Part shown: positions 11,309 through 23,572 of the stretch, in pieces
Position numbering within the stretch: the first letter of the stretch is position 1
Layout: each line of letters starts with the position of its first letter
Assembly (NCBI GenBank): GCA_001599295.1
Contig: BCGN01000002.1
Location: 806,001-870,000 of the forward strand
Length of the DNA stretch: 64,000 nt
DNA from: Sporopachydermia quercuum
Lineage: Eukaryota
Reading direction: 5' to 3'
Made by a program: the position numbers and the translations under genes
The notes under the pieces: generated by a model
The model's input: the letters and a program-made list of their open reading frames with translations, nothing else
What the model was told of the DNA's origin: nothing
Database searches by the model: none

Positions 11309-12916
11309 ATGTCATTGAAATCAAGAATAACATCTCAAATCGCAAGCTCCTTAATTCCAGCAGGATGTGGTGCTATATACCTTTTCTCAGCTTATGCGCC
11401 ACAACTAGCCGAAAGACTGAGTTACACAGCAAGCAATATATCTTACGTTGGAATGATGGGTACCGCAGGAACATCCATTCTTGGTATATTTGCAGGTGTG
11501 ATCATCGATAAATATGGACCTCGACTTCCAATATTCTTAGGAGCACTCGGCACATTATTTGGATTTGGATTAACATACCTGAGTTACGTGTTTATTATAC
11601 GTAGCTTATATCTACAGTGCTTTGCAATGATTCTATCCACATTAGGAGGAATCACAGCTTATTATAGTTGCTTGAAAGTAGCAGCGAGTAACTTCCCTGA
11701 CAATAGAGGTGCAGCCTCAGCAATGCCAATCTCAGCGTTTGGGTTATCAGCACTCATACTTTCAATGATAAAAACCAAATTTTTCACAGGTCGACCACAA
11801 GAGTTTTTATTATTTCTGGCAACTTTTGGGTCCACATTATGCTTCATTGGAGGCTTCTTTGTGAAAATCTATCCTCCGAGGCAAAAGTTACAAGAAATCG
11901 AAGTTATAGAAGGTTATGATGTTGACTATTTCGATTCCCTCAGTGCACTGGACTCTGGATCAAGTTCTGCAAGTTTATCGGATATGGGTGGCAGAGTAAC
12001 AAAATTCATAACTAAAGATAATAAATACAATAGCGTTGATAACAAAGCAGATCTGGTTTTTACTCACTTATTAGATGAACCACAAAAGAATAAAAGGAGA
12101 AGTAGCATATTCAAATTCAAACGATTTTCTAACGCATCAGAAGCTTCTCCCTTATTAGAAAGCTCAACTCAAACTATGGTAATAGAAACAACACTTGAAT
12201 CAATAGAAGAATATCAAGATCACTTACATGGCTTTCATCTTTTCACTAATATTAAATTCGTTATTCAATTCATTAACCTTGGATTACTATCAGGTATAGG
12301 ACAAATGTTTATATTCTCTGTTGGATACATTATAAAGGCTCAATGCAATAACTTGGGTTACCCATCTGCCAAAGTTCAAAAAGTCCAAGCTTTACAAGTT
12401 GGATTAATATCCTTATTTTCTTTCATAGGTAGATTACTGTCAGGAACAGTATCAGATTTCTTGCATAAAAGAAAGATTCAAAGGTTATGGTTAATTGCCT
12501 TTTCGGCATTATTGTTTATTGTTGGTAACGTTTTATTACTTTTATTCGACGATAAAGAAATTATTCTACAACATAGAATCAGCTATGTTTCTGCAGCTTT
12601 TGGATTTGCTTATGGAGTAGTTTATGCTGTTTATCCTGCTATTATTGGAGATTACTTCGGTTTAAAGTATTACTCTCAAAATTGGGGGATTTTTGCTTCA
12701 GCATCCTTTCTTGGAACTTCAGTTTTCAATACACTATTTGGAAAGATTTATGATATGAATAGTAAATTGGATGCTGATACAGGACTATTGGTTTGTTCCA
12801 TTGGCAAGAGCTGTTATTCTGCAACATTTGAAATAACAAGCATTTTCCTGACTTTAGCTATGGTTTCAATTCTTTCTGCGATATATGTTTATAGAACAAA
12901 AGTTGATTTCATTTGA
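11309..12916 (+). CDS. MFS transporter, Mch1/nodulin-like family
   Basis: About 12 hydrophobic segments. Motifs GAIYLFSAYAPQL, NFPDNRGAASAMPISAFGLSA, SFIGRLLSG and C..GKSCY are characteristic of Mch1/YMR155W-like proteins. Confidence 0.8.
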   Translation: MSLKSRITSQIASSLIPAGCGAIYLFSAYAPQLAERLSYTASNISYVGMMGTAGTSILGIFAGVIIDKYGPRLPIFLGALGTLFGFGLTYLSYVFIIRSLYLQCFAMILSTLGGITAYYSCLKVAASNFPDNRGAASAMPISAFGLSALILSMIKTKFFTGRPQEFLLFLATFGSTLCFIGGFFVKIYPPRQKLQEIEVIEGYDVDYFDSLSALDSGSSSASLSDMGGRVTKFITKDNKYNSVDNKADLVFTHLLDEPQKNKRRSSIFKFKRFSNASEASPLLESSTQTMVIETTLESIEEYQDHLHGFHLFTNIKFVIQFINLGLLSGIGQMFIFSVGYIIKAQCNNLGYPSAKVQKVQALQVGLISLFSFIGRLLSGTVSDFLHKRKIQRLWLIAFSALLFIVGNVLLLLFDDKEIILQHRISYVSAAFGFAYGVVYAVYPAIIGDYFGLKYYSQNWGIFASASFLGTSVFNTLFGKIYDMNSKLDADTGLLVCSIGKSCYSATFEITSIFLTLAMVSILSAIYVYRTKVDFI

Positions 12917-14185
12917 TACTAGGGTTTTTTTTTCCATAGAATTTTCTCTTATTCATCCTATTCTTTGCTAGCATCAACAAAATCCAGAGTCATTGATGAA
13001 CATCATGAATACCATGGAAGCAAGAACAAAGCTATTACTAATATGATCATCGTCATCATTTTCATCATTTGACAAACATTCATTTATTGGGTTGGGTTAT
13101 AAGTATCATACAGATAGGGGTTAGGCAGTTGAACTGGGTATGATATTTCGGTTTCATGAAATAATTCATAAGAATCTATCTAGATATACATATGTTAATC
13201 TAATAACAAAGCGGTTCTTTATTCAACAATTCAGTAGTAACAGTTGACTGTAGATTGCAATCTAAACAATAGTTGTGCTTACNATGAATAGATGATTTCT
13301 TTGTACGGCATTAGTTCAACTTTCGCAGTGAGATCAAAATCTAATGCGAATGAGATGNGTGTAAAGTATCCAGGTAGATTTTATGCAAGTATCTAGAACG
13401 AAAGTATCTGCTCATTGGTCTACCTGGAGACTGCTATCAACTAAAAGCCATTGTCATTTGTAAAAACAATTTTGTGTTAGGTAATGATACAGCCAATCAT
13501 TTTGTGGTGACGCATTTATCCAATTTTGATCGGTCACAATTTATTCATTTACAATGATAAACAATAATTGATCATCAACTATCAACCTGCTTCTGAACTA
13601 GCTCCTACCAACATATCTAGCAGGTTTGGTTGTTTCGTACTCCTGGACCCTTCTTTGGACCCTCTCCAAGTCTATCTCTCCTGCATTCCCCCGTAATAGT
13701 TACCTAATTGGATCAAGTCCCCAACTAAGGACAACCTTTCTATTTAGATCAAACCCAAGAAATATACTTGTGAAACAAACAGTTTTTGTTTAGTCCACAA
13801 AACAGGTTCTCTCATAACTGTCTACATTCACTTAAGGAGACAGAGCAAGACAAGTCACAACTGGAGCTTTGAAGTTANGTGTTCATTAATGTGCATACAT
13901 TGTGATAGCTTAGAAATTGTATTAGAAAACTAGAGGGTGTTAGATTTATACGTTGCATTCTCCATCTATGAGTCTATAGGACATAGTCTATGTGGATAGA
14001 ATTGAATCTGGTGTCTGAAGGTGGCTGTAGTTGATGTATTGAAGTGCTCATTATACACAACCCTGCATTACATACTAAACTCCAACGATATAGTGAGATT
14101 AACTGTGAGAATTAAAGGATAACGCGATATATGGTTCTGTTCACCGAGGATTTACAGTTCAGCATCTACCAAGTCGATACTAAAA

Positions 14186-15217
14186 ATGTTTGGCTTTTTC
14201 AAACGGACTTTGAACGGTCAACCTAGAGGGATTCTTGGAGAAAAAGAAAGGGTTGAATCTTTTAAATGGAAAAGTAATCGAAGAAATTTAATAAACGGTA
14301 ACAATCTGAGAATTTTGATAATAGCATTTTTGCTGGCATTTGTCTTCATAATTGGTATTCTATTTACTGGTACAGTCAAAGGTCATTTTTTCAAGAAGCC
14401 CGCCAATGTTGTAATTATATTACCAGCAAACGAAGGAGGAGGTGTCCTGGCTTGGAAGAACGAGCGTGACTGGTCAGTTGAAAGATCAAGTATTGCTAAC
14501 AAAAGGTCTTATGCACAAAGACACGGATATGAACTAACCGTGAAAGATGTCTCTTTGAAGAAGAAGTATAGCCATGAATGGAGAGAAGGTTGGGAAAGAA
14601 TTGATATCTTACGTCAAACTATGATGGAATTCCCTGACGCCGAATGGTTTTGGTGGATTGATTTGAACTCTTATATTATGGAACCTGAAAAATCTTTAGA
14701 AGAACATTTATTCAATAGAATTGATGAGATTGTTCATCGCGATGTGTCATATTACAACCCACTACAAATATCAGTTGATATTCCTTTCTTTAATCCCCAC
14801 CATGATATCGATATGATTCTCGGTCAAGACTGTGGTGGTTTTAATCTAGGATCTTTGTTCATGAGAAATAGCGAATGGTCAAAGAGATTATTAGATAATT
14901 TATGGGATCCAGTTTTCTATGAACAACGACACATGGATTGGGAACATAAAGAACAAGACGCTCTAGAAGCTCTTTATAAGAACCAAGCATGGATAAGAAA
15001 TGGCATTGGATTTACAGATTTAAAGGAAATCAATGCTTTCCCACCAGGCGCTTGCAGCGATAATCCCAGACCGGAGTTTTTCTATGATGAAAATGAAAGA
15101 AATTTTATTATAAATATGGCAGGTTGTCAATGGGGCAGAGATTGTTTCACGGAAATGGAGTATTATAAGAAACTAAGCCGAAAGCTTCACACCAAGCCTT
15201 GGTGGAAGTTCTGGTAA
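14186..15217 (+). CDS. MNN10: Golgi alpha-1,6-mannosyltransferase complex subunit (GT34 family)
   Basis: Type II membrane anchor, then ANEGGGVL.WK, NKRSYAQRHGY, YSHEWREGWE, AEWFWWID, QDCGGFNLGS, WEHKEQDALE and NMAGCQWGRDC. Confidence 0.9.
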   Translation: MFGFFKRTLNGQPRGILGEKERVESFKWKSNRRNLINGNNLRILIIAFLLAFVFIIGILFTGTVKGHFFKKPANVVIILPANEGGGVLAWKNERDWSVERSSIANKRSYAQRHGYELTVKDVSLKKKYSHEWREGWERIDILRQTMMEFPDAEWFWWIDLNSYIMEPEKSLEEHLFNRIDEIVHRDVSYYNPLQISVDIPFFNPHHDIDMILGQDCGGFNLGSLFMRNSEWSKRLLDNLWDPVFYEQRHMDWEHKEQDALEALYKNQAWIRNGIGFTDLKEINAFPPGACSDNPRPEFFYDENERNFIINMAGCQWGRDCFTEMEYYKKLSRKLHTKPWWKFW

Positions 15218-16188
15218 GTTCCCTCTCAGGATTTGAAGCAGTATAAAGTATTTCAATTGGAGAAAGATATAAATAACTATTGTCCTTGTTCAAATTGGTC
15301 ATAATTGGACGATTTAACCTGCAGTAGAAGATGCACCAAGACCGAAAATGATAATCAGCTAATTCAGATTATACATTTTTACTTTTTATTTTGTTTTGAA
15401 TTCCAAGCTTTTTAAGAACAGCCAAATCAAGCATCTTATAGGTATGTTGGCGTTATAATGAACTGATTGAGCAATTGAACAATTGAGCTAACTCATTGAT
15501 CAAATGTCTGATCAGTCTAGTATTCTATATATCCACTAACAGGAGCATGGTGTTTGCAAAAATGTGATATCAACAAAGTTCCCTTCCCTCTAATGTCAAC
15601 AAATAGTTACTCATACATTATTATTCTCAGAAAAAATCCTATAAACCACACCCGTATAAATAAATATCCATATTCCATCATCCTTTCCCGTTTTCTATGA
15701 AATCTTTAAATCTTCAGTACAGCTTCCCTCTCAGAAATACAGATTACANAACCATATAATGCATATTATTTTAGGTCACGTGATTATATCTTTCTTATTC
15801 CGCTCTCAGCAACTCATTCATCCTATTTTATCACGTAATCACTCACTGCTTTTTTCATAAAACTTTGTTTTCCGTTTCTTCGGCACGGCACTTCTTGTCT
15901 TCCCTTCCGAAAAACATTCCAAAGTACTCCATACATAATAATATTGTAATACATGGTAGAACATACTTTAAGCTATCTGCCAAGCAAATCAATTTACTCT
16001 CGATAAGCTAATTTATCTACCAAATATATTCCATAAAGTTGGAATCACATAGTTATGTTTATATAAACATAGCGCAAACAATTAACTTAGTTATCACATC
16101 ATTCCTGTTGTGCTCCTATTGTGATCACAATAAACAGTGGATCAATTGACAACACTGATAACCTAATCACAATAAGTATACTAGCTCC

Positions 16189-17121
16189 ATGTCGGAAAAT
16201 GGATCTTTTTGGTTCCCTGAAGGATCATCAATAGAAAATCAGAATCCTGGGAAGCAGAATGCAACCAGTGATGCTGGTTCACCAATAGGTCATCCCGCGT
16301 TCATGCAACAACAACAAAACATGAGAGTTAATGTGAAATCTCAAGAATTGCTATCTCAACAGCAGGGAAACGGTCAAGGTGCGTCGCCAGTAAATAATAG
16401 GCCAGGAAGACCACCAAGTGTACCACCCCAGCAATTACAACAACAACAGCAACAACAGAAAAACCTTCAAATGATGCTGGCATCAATGACACCTGAACAA
16501 CGTACTGCTTATATCAACCAACAAAAGATGTTACATGCGCGTAAACAACTACAACAACAGCAACAACAATTACAACAACAACAGAAGCAACAAAAACAAG
16601 AAGGTATTGACCATGAAATGCACAGAAATGGACCCCCAGGTCAAAACTCAGATTTCAATCCTGTGCGGAATAATTCAAACCAAAGCTCGGTTCCAACTCC
16701 TCCTGCTGGTTCAAGTTCAAATCAAAGTAATGTTAGAGGTGTCTCACCTACTCAAGTTCAAGCTCAAAGAGCTGCTGCTTCTAAAATGGAGTTTTTCTCC
16801 CTTCTGCTTTCAGAATTCATGCAACAGCGTGGAACCCCAATTACAAGAACCCCTCTTTTGAATGATAAAAAAGTGTCCTTATTCTTATTGTATATGCATG
16901 TGGGAAGATCAGGTGGAAGTGTGAGTGTAACCCAACAGCAGTTATGGCCAAACATTGCTGCACAGTTGGGTTTTGATCTTGGGAAGTATCCCAACACCGC
17001 TGCTGAGTTNTCTCAAATATATGCAGCTAATTTGGCTCCTTTTGAACAGTTCATGAATTCTTCACAAGGTCAGCAACACATGCTTCTGATGAAACAAAAG
17101 TTCATGGCCAAGCAGTTTCAA

Positions 17122-17193
<72 letters not shown>

Positions 17194-19755
17194 ATTCCTC
17201 AAGGAGGTGCTTTTGCTAGTTCTTCGAATATAAGTAGCATGCCCGAGAACATGCGAACAGGTTCNTCAGCTATTAGTCCTATGAATATTGTAACTCAAAC
17301 CGGTCAACAGGGAAAACCCAGAGAAAGCCTCGTCGGAACTGGTCCTAGACGATCCGTTAGTCAAAGAAGTATAAAGAAACCTCAAACCGAAATCTCTAGA
17401 TCTCCTTCGAACATATCCGGTGCTTCTCCTGCTTCAACACCAGGTGGGGATCAAAACAAACGATTAGGATTGAAAAGGTCGCGTTCAAGCTCAATTTCAA
17501 TTGCCGAGACTAATAAGAAAGCTGCACACGGAACGCCAGGCCCAGAACCAGAATCCGTGCCAGAATTTCTTCCAACAAACCTTAGAGTTTATGTTCCAAC
17601 AGAGCGGAAGCTATTCCGATACGGCGGCTATGATGTTGCTTCGCTTGCTCAAATAGGGGCTGATATCGACGTTACTAGACCAGAATTCATGTACGCATCC
17701 GAAATCGGAACCATTGATATTTTCACTATAACTCAGTCACTGCAATCAGGTTCAACTGCAGAAGTGAATAGCACTCTAAATACTCTTTTTGTTGTTTCTA
17801 ACGGGAAAATTACTATTCATTTAAGCGAATCAGGTGAATTACTTTCGGCTTTAGCTCGGCTCGGATTAGACATTTTAGCCCAGCTAGGAAACTCCGAATG
17901 CGAACGCAAAAACTCTATTCCTTTACAAAGCTTACTAAACAGGAGCAACCCAAGTAACCCTATCGATGCGGTATTCCAAGAACGANTTGGGAAATACAAA
18001 AGGAGAAACAGAATTAATGACGATTTAGAAGATGATGAATATGAAGATGAAGTAAGAGTACCTTCCGAAGTTACTATTGTTGTTGATAGCTTCTCAGGAG
18101 TCAATGTGAAAGATTTGAATGATTATAAGGATATCACTAGTGACAACAATGACATCATTTATTATTCGGATTCTGATGATGACCAAGATAGATATAATAT
18201 AATGAATGAAGACGATAACAACTCCAATTATGATAAGAATCTTGTATCTAATACTGATAAGAACGCGGACCAAGAAAGCAAATCAGAACCAGAAGTGGAA
18301 GGGAAATCAGGATTAAAGTCGGAAAGAATTGGGAAAATCACGGAAGACTCAATCTGTGTATTGAATCATAAAACCCATCAGGAACCAGTTTCTGGTACGA
18401 GGGAATCTACTGGTTTCCATTTTAAGAACTATATGGAACTTCTCACGNCTTCTAGAGAAGAATGCGATGATCTTTCTGATACAATGGACCGAAAATCACC
18501 TTTGAGTAAAACTGCAAGATTATACGAACAACTGAAAATGATCATTATGATAATAAGAAATCTATCTTTCATTGAAGGAAACATCCCATTGATTGCCAGT
18601 AATACTTTGGCTGGAAGGTTAATATTTGAAACATTGTTCACTATCGGTTCAGATATTTGTCCCAATGTTTCAATCAGAAAAGTCTTCTCTTTAGAGAAAG
18701 ATATATTGGTGACACTAAGTAATATATCACATTTATTACCTGTTAAAACGGAAAGACATGCAGCAGTTTTGTTGATGTTTCTATTATCATTTAATGCTGC
18801 TGGAAGTTATGGGTCAGATAATAAACAAGGATTTGGACATTTCTATCAACTAGGGAATTATGTTCCTTCTATTCATAAATATTACGGATATGCGCTTGAT
18901 TGTTTTGCCAAGTTTCTAAGTAAAGATTTATCATCTGGAGGATTTCTCTGCTCTCTATTAACTCGTTCGGAAGAATTCAGAAACGCCAGTAGTACAGGAA
19001 TTGGAAGCGGAACCGGAAGCGGAACCGGAAGCGGATTGGATTTGATTTTTAGTGGAACAAAAGAAAAGTTCAACCTTCCTTCAGAAGCATTTGTATTTGC
19101 TTTATCATGTCTTCCTTTTAATGATGTCGGATCAATGCTATCCAACCTTGGATCATACTCTAGAACTATGGAATTGAGAGCTCCATTGGTCCTACAGGGA
19201 CTTCTAACGGCAGAAATAATTGTAACGTCAATTCCGTCCTCTAGATCACCTTTTGACTTCCGAGCTGATGATTCCGATAATAGTACAAACTTAGAACAAA
19301 GTGATAANCTTGCTTTGAAATGGCTAACTGAAATGTCTGGAATCTCCAGTATGTTGCTTCGGAGCGGAATCTTATATGCTTCATTACCCATTCCATCTAA
19401 TTTAGATAACAGTTCAATTCCTGGCCCGCAAGGCTCATTGGACAAATCAGTTTTCAGTGCCATTTCCCAACGGATTCTTGGCCTTTTACGGAAACTGATG
19501 GAAAAAGCTTTTGAATCAATGAGACAACCAGGATCTGATTTAGATGTACATGTTACTAGTCATTTTGGAGCTCCTATAAATTCCGATACAGCTAATTTAA
19601 CTAGAAATGAACTCGTGAGTCTATTGAAGACTGTACCTGATGATGATATACTGGTCCGGTTCTTATTAGCTAGAAATATTGATAAGAATNTTTTAGAGAA
19701 CTTGGTTGAATTATCGAATAATATGAAAGTTCTAGAACCACTGATTTCTATTTGA
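16189..19755 (+). CDS. SWI1: SWI/SNF complex ARID subunit Swi1
   Basis: Q/N-rich N-terminus, an ARID domain (FMQQRGTPI...SLFLLY..V...GG...V...LW..IA..LG), YGGYD, IGTIDIFTITQSLQSG and the IIRNLSF armadillo-like C-terminal region. Confidence 0.85.
17119..17193 (+). repeat. (CAACAG)n coding microsatellite, 25-residue polyQ tract in Swi1
   Basis: Nearly perfect alternation of CAA and CAG codons over 75 nt. Confidence 0.95.
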
Positions 19756-20392
19756 ATTATGCGAAACTAGGCCGAGCCAATAAGAATCAGAATCGGATAA
19801 ACCCTATAGCCTAATTTTTATCAGATAAACTACTATTTTTTCTCACTTAATGTTTGATTATGTAATACTAAATATCGGTATTATCTATTTATTGTATTTT
19901 AAATATAAACTATGTATTATTGCTATTCTTTCCGTATTACTATCACTATGGTTGTTATTATTATTTTCACCGAGCAATACCATTCAGTTGTGGATGATCT
20001 CATCATCGTAACCTTTTTTTTTTTTGGCCCCAGAAACGATCATAAGAACCAATGTGATCTTCTCCTGCCCATCGCACAGTTCCGTATTGAATAGTATGAT
20101 ATCGAATTATGTNTTGATTTTGATTCAAATAGCGTGAATTAATAAAATACTTACATTGATTCTGTTCAGCAGCAAGGCACCATATGCCCGAATCCNACGA
20201 AGAAACTATTAAAGAGGTTTATTATTGATTTCATCTTCGATTTTCAAACCAAAAAGTCTTATCTTTCGTACCATCATCTGCAGGAAANGTGTTCAACCGT
20301 TCACTAAATCTAAGCAGAAAGAAGATGCTGTCATCATTGCATTTATATTCATGATATGATATGATATGATGGAATCAGAAGAAATCCTTCTA

Positions 20393-23300
20393 TTATCCTA
20401 TTTTATGATTCAAGAAATGATATAATTTAGCTGCTGGTTCTTTTCCAATTATTGCCGATAGTTCCTCTTCTGACATTTGGACTAATTCTTGCATGTTCTT
20501 GACTTTATGCGCAATTAAGCCATAATTCATTGAATTGAGTCCGGGCATTGCTTGCAACATTTCTAATGCTGGTATATTATGTAATTCCGAATCTCCGGGA
20601 AGTTCAATTTCTTGCATTCCGAAATTTACCGCTGTTTCCGGATCGGGCTGTTCGTCCGATGCTTTCAAATCGGCAAACATTTCAGCAGTTTGTTTCGGAG
20701 ATGATGACCAGACAATTTTTAGCTTCGGAAATGATAACAACAATAGCATCAACTTCGATTGTAGGTCTTCCGCTTTATTGAATCTACCCCCAGCCCCATT
20801 ATTTCCGGTATTACCACCTTTATTAACCAAGTGACTGTCGGGTCTTATTTCCGAGATTGGCTCGAATGAAAAAGATTTACCTTCTGGAAATTCTATCAAT
20901 AAAACTGCGATCTCATAATGACGGAACATGGCTTCACATTGGGCGTATAATCTACCTGATTTGAAACTTGAGATCAAATCAGGAATAGATTTCCGTTCTA
21001 CACATATCCTCGGGGATAAAACGTAATCTCCAACTAACAACACAAGCGGAACTAATGTAAATCCTGCTTTATATAGAATAAACGGGACTGATGATCTCAT
21101 TTCTCGCATATCAACTAAAATTCTAGGTTTTATATCCATTTGTCGGATTCCACCGGCAATTCGGGTTGATATTCTATCGGTGTCAAATCCAGGATTATGG
21201 AGATGATCATCATCCCGATAAGTCATCGCTAAGTTACCTCTTTCACGAATAAGCTTTGTGAATGCGTCTTTTTCGTTCCGAACTTCGGCTAGATAGCGCT
21301 GTTCTTCAACTGAATTACCATAGTATAAAAAGAAGGTTTTGAGGTATCTATCTCTGTAATTAGCTTTGAATAATTCCACCCTTCGGATAAATTCGGAATT
21401 AGGTTCGTAAAGTATAACGTAAGAAGGCATTAGTTCCTCTAATAAGGTTTCGGGAGTCTCTGAGTTTAAAACTCGGCATACTACTAAATCGGATAGATCA
21501 GGTATTCGAAATGAATCTATATCAGCGTCTACCACTGAAACAGGTAATATATCCGGAAGTGGACCATTCAAACGGTTCATTTTTTCTTCTTCAGAGGTGA
21601 TATCTATTCCGACCATTTCCGGGAAAAATCCCGCNTCATCCATTTCTTGTACTGAGGGGCTATTGGCTCTAGAACTAACAGCTGAAATAGATCCACCACG
21701 AACTCTTCTCCGTTTATTCCGATTATATCTTTGTTGTTCGGATCCTTCAGGTTTCCTTCCTGTTTCATTTCCTGATCCTGATCCTGATCCTGATCCCGTC
21801 CCGGTTGTTTCCATTACCTCATATTTCCCAAATCGGAGTTTCTGTCCCACAGTTTGAATCTGCCGTTGTGATGAGAGATAATTTCGAAACTGTTTTTCCA
21901 TATACCGAGATTCTGCATTTTCCGGACCTATTACCCATCGGATTTGTCTCAATACTTCAAAAGAGCCCGCCATTATCAAAACAGGACCTCGGATTTCGGG
22001 ATCGGAACTCCTTTCTTGATGTATTTCGCTTAAGATATCAGTTAATTGATCCCATTTAGGAAGGGGTTCTAACACTAGTTCCCTCTTTGAGTTCTTGGCC
22101 CCAGTTTCTGAATTAGATCCTGGCATCTTCCGCATAGTATAAACCCTCATTCTAGCCTCTCGGATCAACATATCTCCAGCATCTGCTAAACGCCAAGAAC
22201 TTCCCGTCCGATCTTCAAAAATCCCGTTCCGAAGAGCTTCATAAAACCTAACTGAGTCATGAGTCACTAATTTGGTGAATAAACTAGTCAATAATTCTAC
22301 ATCTCTTACTAAAGCTTTAGTAGCCGGAGATACCCGATGCCAGTTCGGGTCTAACTCCGCTCTTATCCGAGGAACAAACCTCGTCTCTAAAGCTCGGTCA
22401 ACATTCCAATCATCGGAAGCCACACCAGGGTTGAATCGTTTCAAATCCGAAAGACATAACTCTAAACACGAGAATAAAGCCGACTGAATAGTTCTCATAG
22501 ATTCTGATAACTCCACAGCTATCTCAACTACTGAACCCGAATTAGTTTGCTTCGATCCGTTTTTGACGCCATTATCTTCCGCTAATGATTTGGTAACCTC
22601 AATATGAAACCTAGGCCATAAGAACAATTTCTGAACATGCAGGGCTCTCAGTTTCTTTTCCAAGCCAGCGAAACCCCGAGAGAAAACTTCGGGTTCCTGT
22701 GAAACTGCTTTAATAAAACCCCATGAATTTTTGGCTCGATAAAGTGTCAGAATAAAACATTCGGAAGAGTTTTCCGAAATCCGATCGGCGTTTAGAACAA
22801 CCATTCCGGTCACAGAATTTGGGTTTATGATTCCCGATAAAAAATCAACTACAAGCATTCTCGGACTTATTGATATAATTCCACCCGATTGATAAATCCG
22901 TTTCCGCTTATCAATTGTTGACCCTTCTCCGGAGACAATAACAAAATTCCGCTCCGAACTTTTATTTGAATCCGGCCCAATATCAGCATAGACAGCATTG
23001 GGATCATAAAAACCATCTATCCATGACAGTTCGTATAACTGTTCGGCTATTCGGGTATTATCGGAATCAGTAGCTCCCAACAAAAACATTAAAACAGATT
23101 TATTTTCTTTTCCGACCTGCGGACGAGATGCTGATAAGGCATGAATCAAATTACCAGTAATCGCGTATAATCCAAGACCCTTACCGAGTACCAATAATCC
23201 GTCCTGCTTAAGCATGGACTCTAGTATGATTTGTTGATACTTTAAAGTCAATGATAATGAGACAGAGACTTTATCAGGTGCTTCCGGAGGTTCTGAGGGG

Positions 23301-23572
23301 TGAGTGGGGCGTTGTACTGATAAAATTTCCTCCGAAACATTCCGATCTGATATCTCTTGTCCCGAACTTTCCACTCGTACTACATCATTACCCAAGTCGA
23401 TATCCTTTTGGTCCAATGAGTTTGTTATTAGTTCTTCCGAACTTGGTTGTGGAATTTCATCATTGGCTTCGGATTCTTTGTGACTTTCTGGTTCCAAAAA
23501 AAGTTCTGTTCCGCATTTTTCCGGTTCTGAGTCTACAGAATCATCATCAGGAACAAATAGTCGCTCCGTCAT
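20393..23572 (-). CDS. RAD1: XPF-family nucleotide excision repair endonuclease Rad1
   Basis: LWPRFH, EPLPKW, YYGNSVEEQRYL, EKDAFTKLIRE, STRIAGG, the ERCC4 nuclease motif VDMRE...GDYVL...ERKS and C-terminal HhH hairpins. Confidence 0.95.
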   Translation of the reverse strand: MTERLFVPDDDSVDSEPEKCGTELFLEPESHKESEANDEIPQPSSEELITNSLDQKDIDLGNDVVRVESSGQEISDRNVSEEILSVQRPTHPSEPPEAPDKVSVSLSLTLKYQQIILESMLKQDGLLVLGKGLGLYAITGNLIHALSASRPQVGKENKSVLMFLLGATDSDNTRIAEQLYELSWIDGFYDPNAVYADIGPDSNKSSERNFVIVSGEGSTIDKRKRIYQSGGIISISPRMLVVDFLSGIINPNSVTGMVVLNADRISENSSECFILTLYRAKNSWGFIKAVSQEPEVFSRGFAGLEKKLRALHVQKLFLWPRFHIEVTKSLAEDNGVKNGSKQTNSGSVVEIAVELSESMRTIQSALFSCLELCLSDLKRFNPGVASDDWNVDRALETRFVPRIRAELDPNWHRVSPATKALVRDVELLTSLFTKLVTHDSVRFYEALRNGIFEDRTGSSWRLADAGDMLIREARMRVYTMRKMPGSNSETGAKNSKRELVLEPLPKWDQLTDILSEIHQERSSDPEIRGPVLIMAGSFEVLRQIRWVIGPENAESRYMEKQFRNYLSSQRQIQTVGQKLRFGKYEVMETTGTGSGSGSGSGNETGRKPEGSEQQRYNRNKRRRVRGGSISAVSSRANSPSVQEMDXAGFFPEMVGIDITSEEEKMNRLNGPLPDILPVSVVDADIDSFRIPDLSDLVVCRVLNSETPETLLEELMPSYVILYEPNSEFIRRVELFKANYRDRYLKTFFLYYGNSVEEQRYLAEVRNEKDAFTKLIRERGNLAMTYRDDDHLHNPGFDTDRISTRIAGGIRQMDIKPRILVDMREMRSSVPFILYKAGFTLVPLVLLVGDYVLSPRICVERKSIPDLISSFKSGRLYAQCEAMFRHYEIAVLLIEFPEGKSFSFEPISEIRPDSHLVNKGGNTGNNGAGGRFNKAEDLQSKLMLLLLSFPKLKIVWSSSPKQTAEMFADLKASDEQPDPETAVNFGMQEIELPGDSELHNIPALEMLQAMPGLNSMNYGLIAHKVKNMQELVQMSEEELSAIIGKEPAAKLYHFLNHKIG

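Noticed and set aside
13710..13875. AAGTCCCC and TGGAGCTT resembling RNase MRP/P P4 strands
   Set aside because: The matches are imperfect, the spacing (~150 nt) is too short and no other conserved regions are present.
15214..15545. GTAAGT overlapping the MNN10 stop, and a GTATGT...CACTAACAG pattern in its 3' region
   Set aside because: MNN10 already ends in a natural aromatic C-terminus (WWKFW). Splicing yields nothing recognisable, and there are no convincing snoRNA boxes or guides.
15775..15784. GTCACGTG motifs (also near 53005 and 61462) as point-centromere CDEI
   Set aside because: No AT-rich CDEII spacer with a CDEIII core was identified. They are more likely bHLH (Cbf1-type) promoter sites or chance matches.
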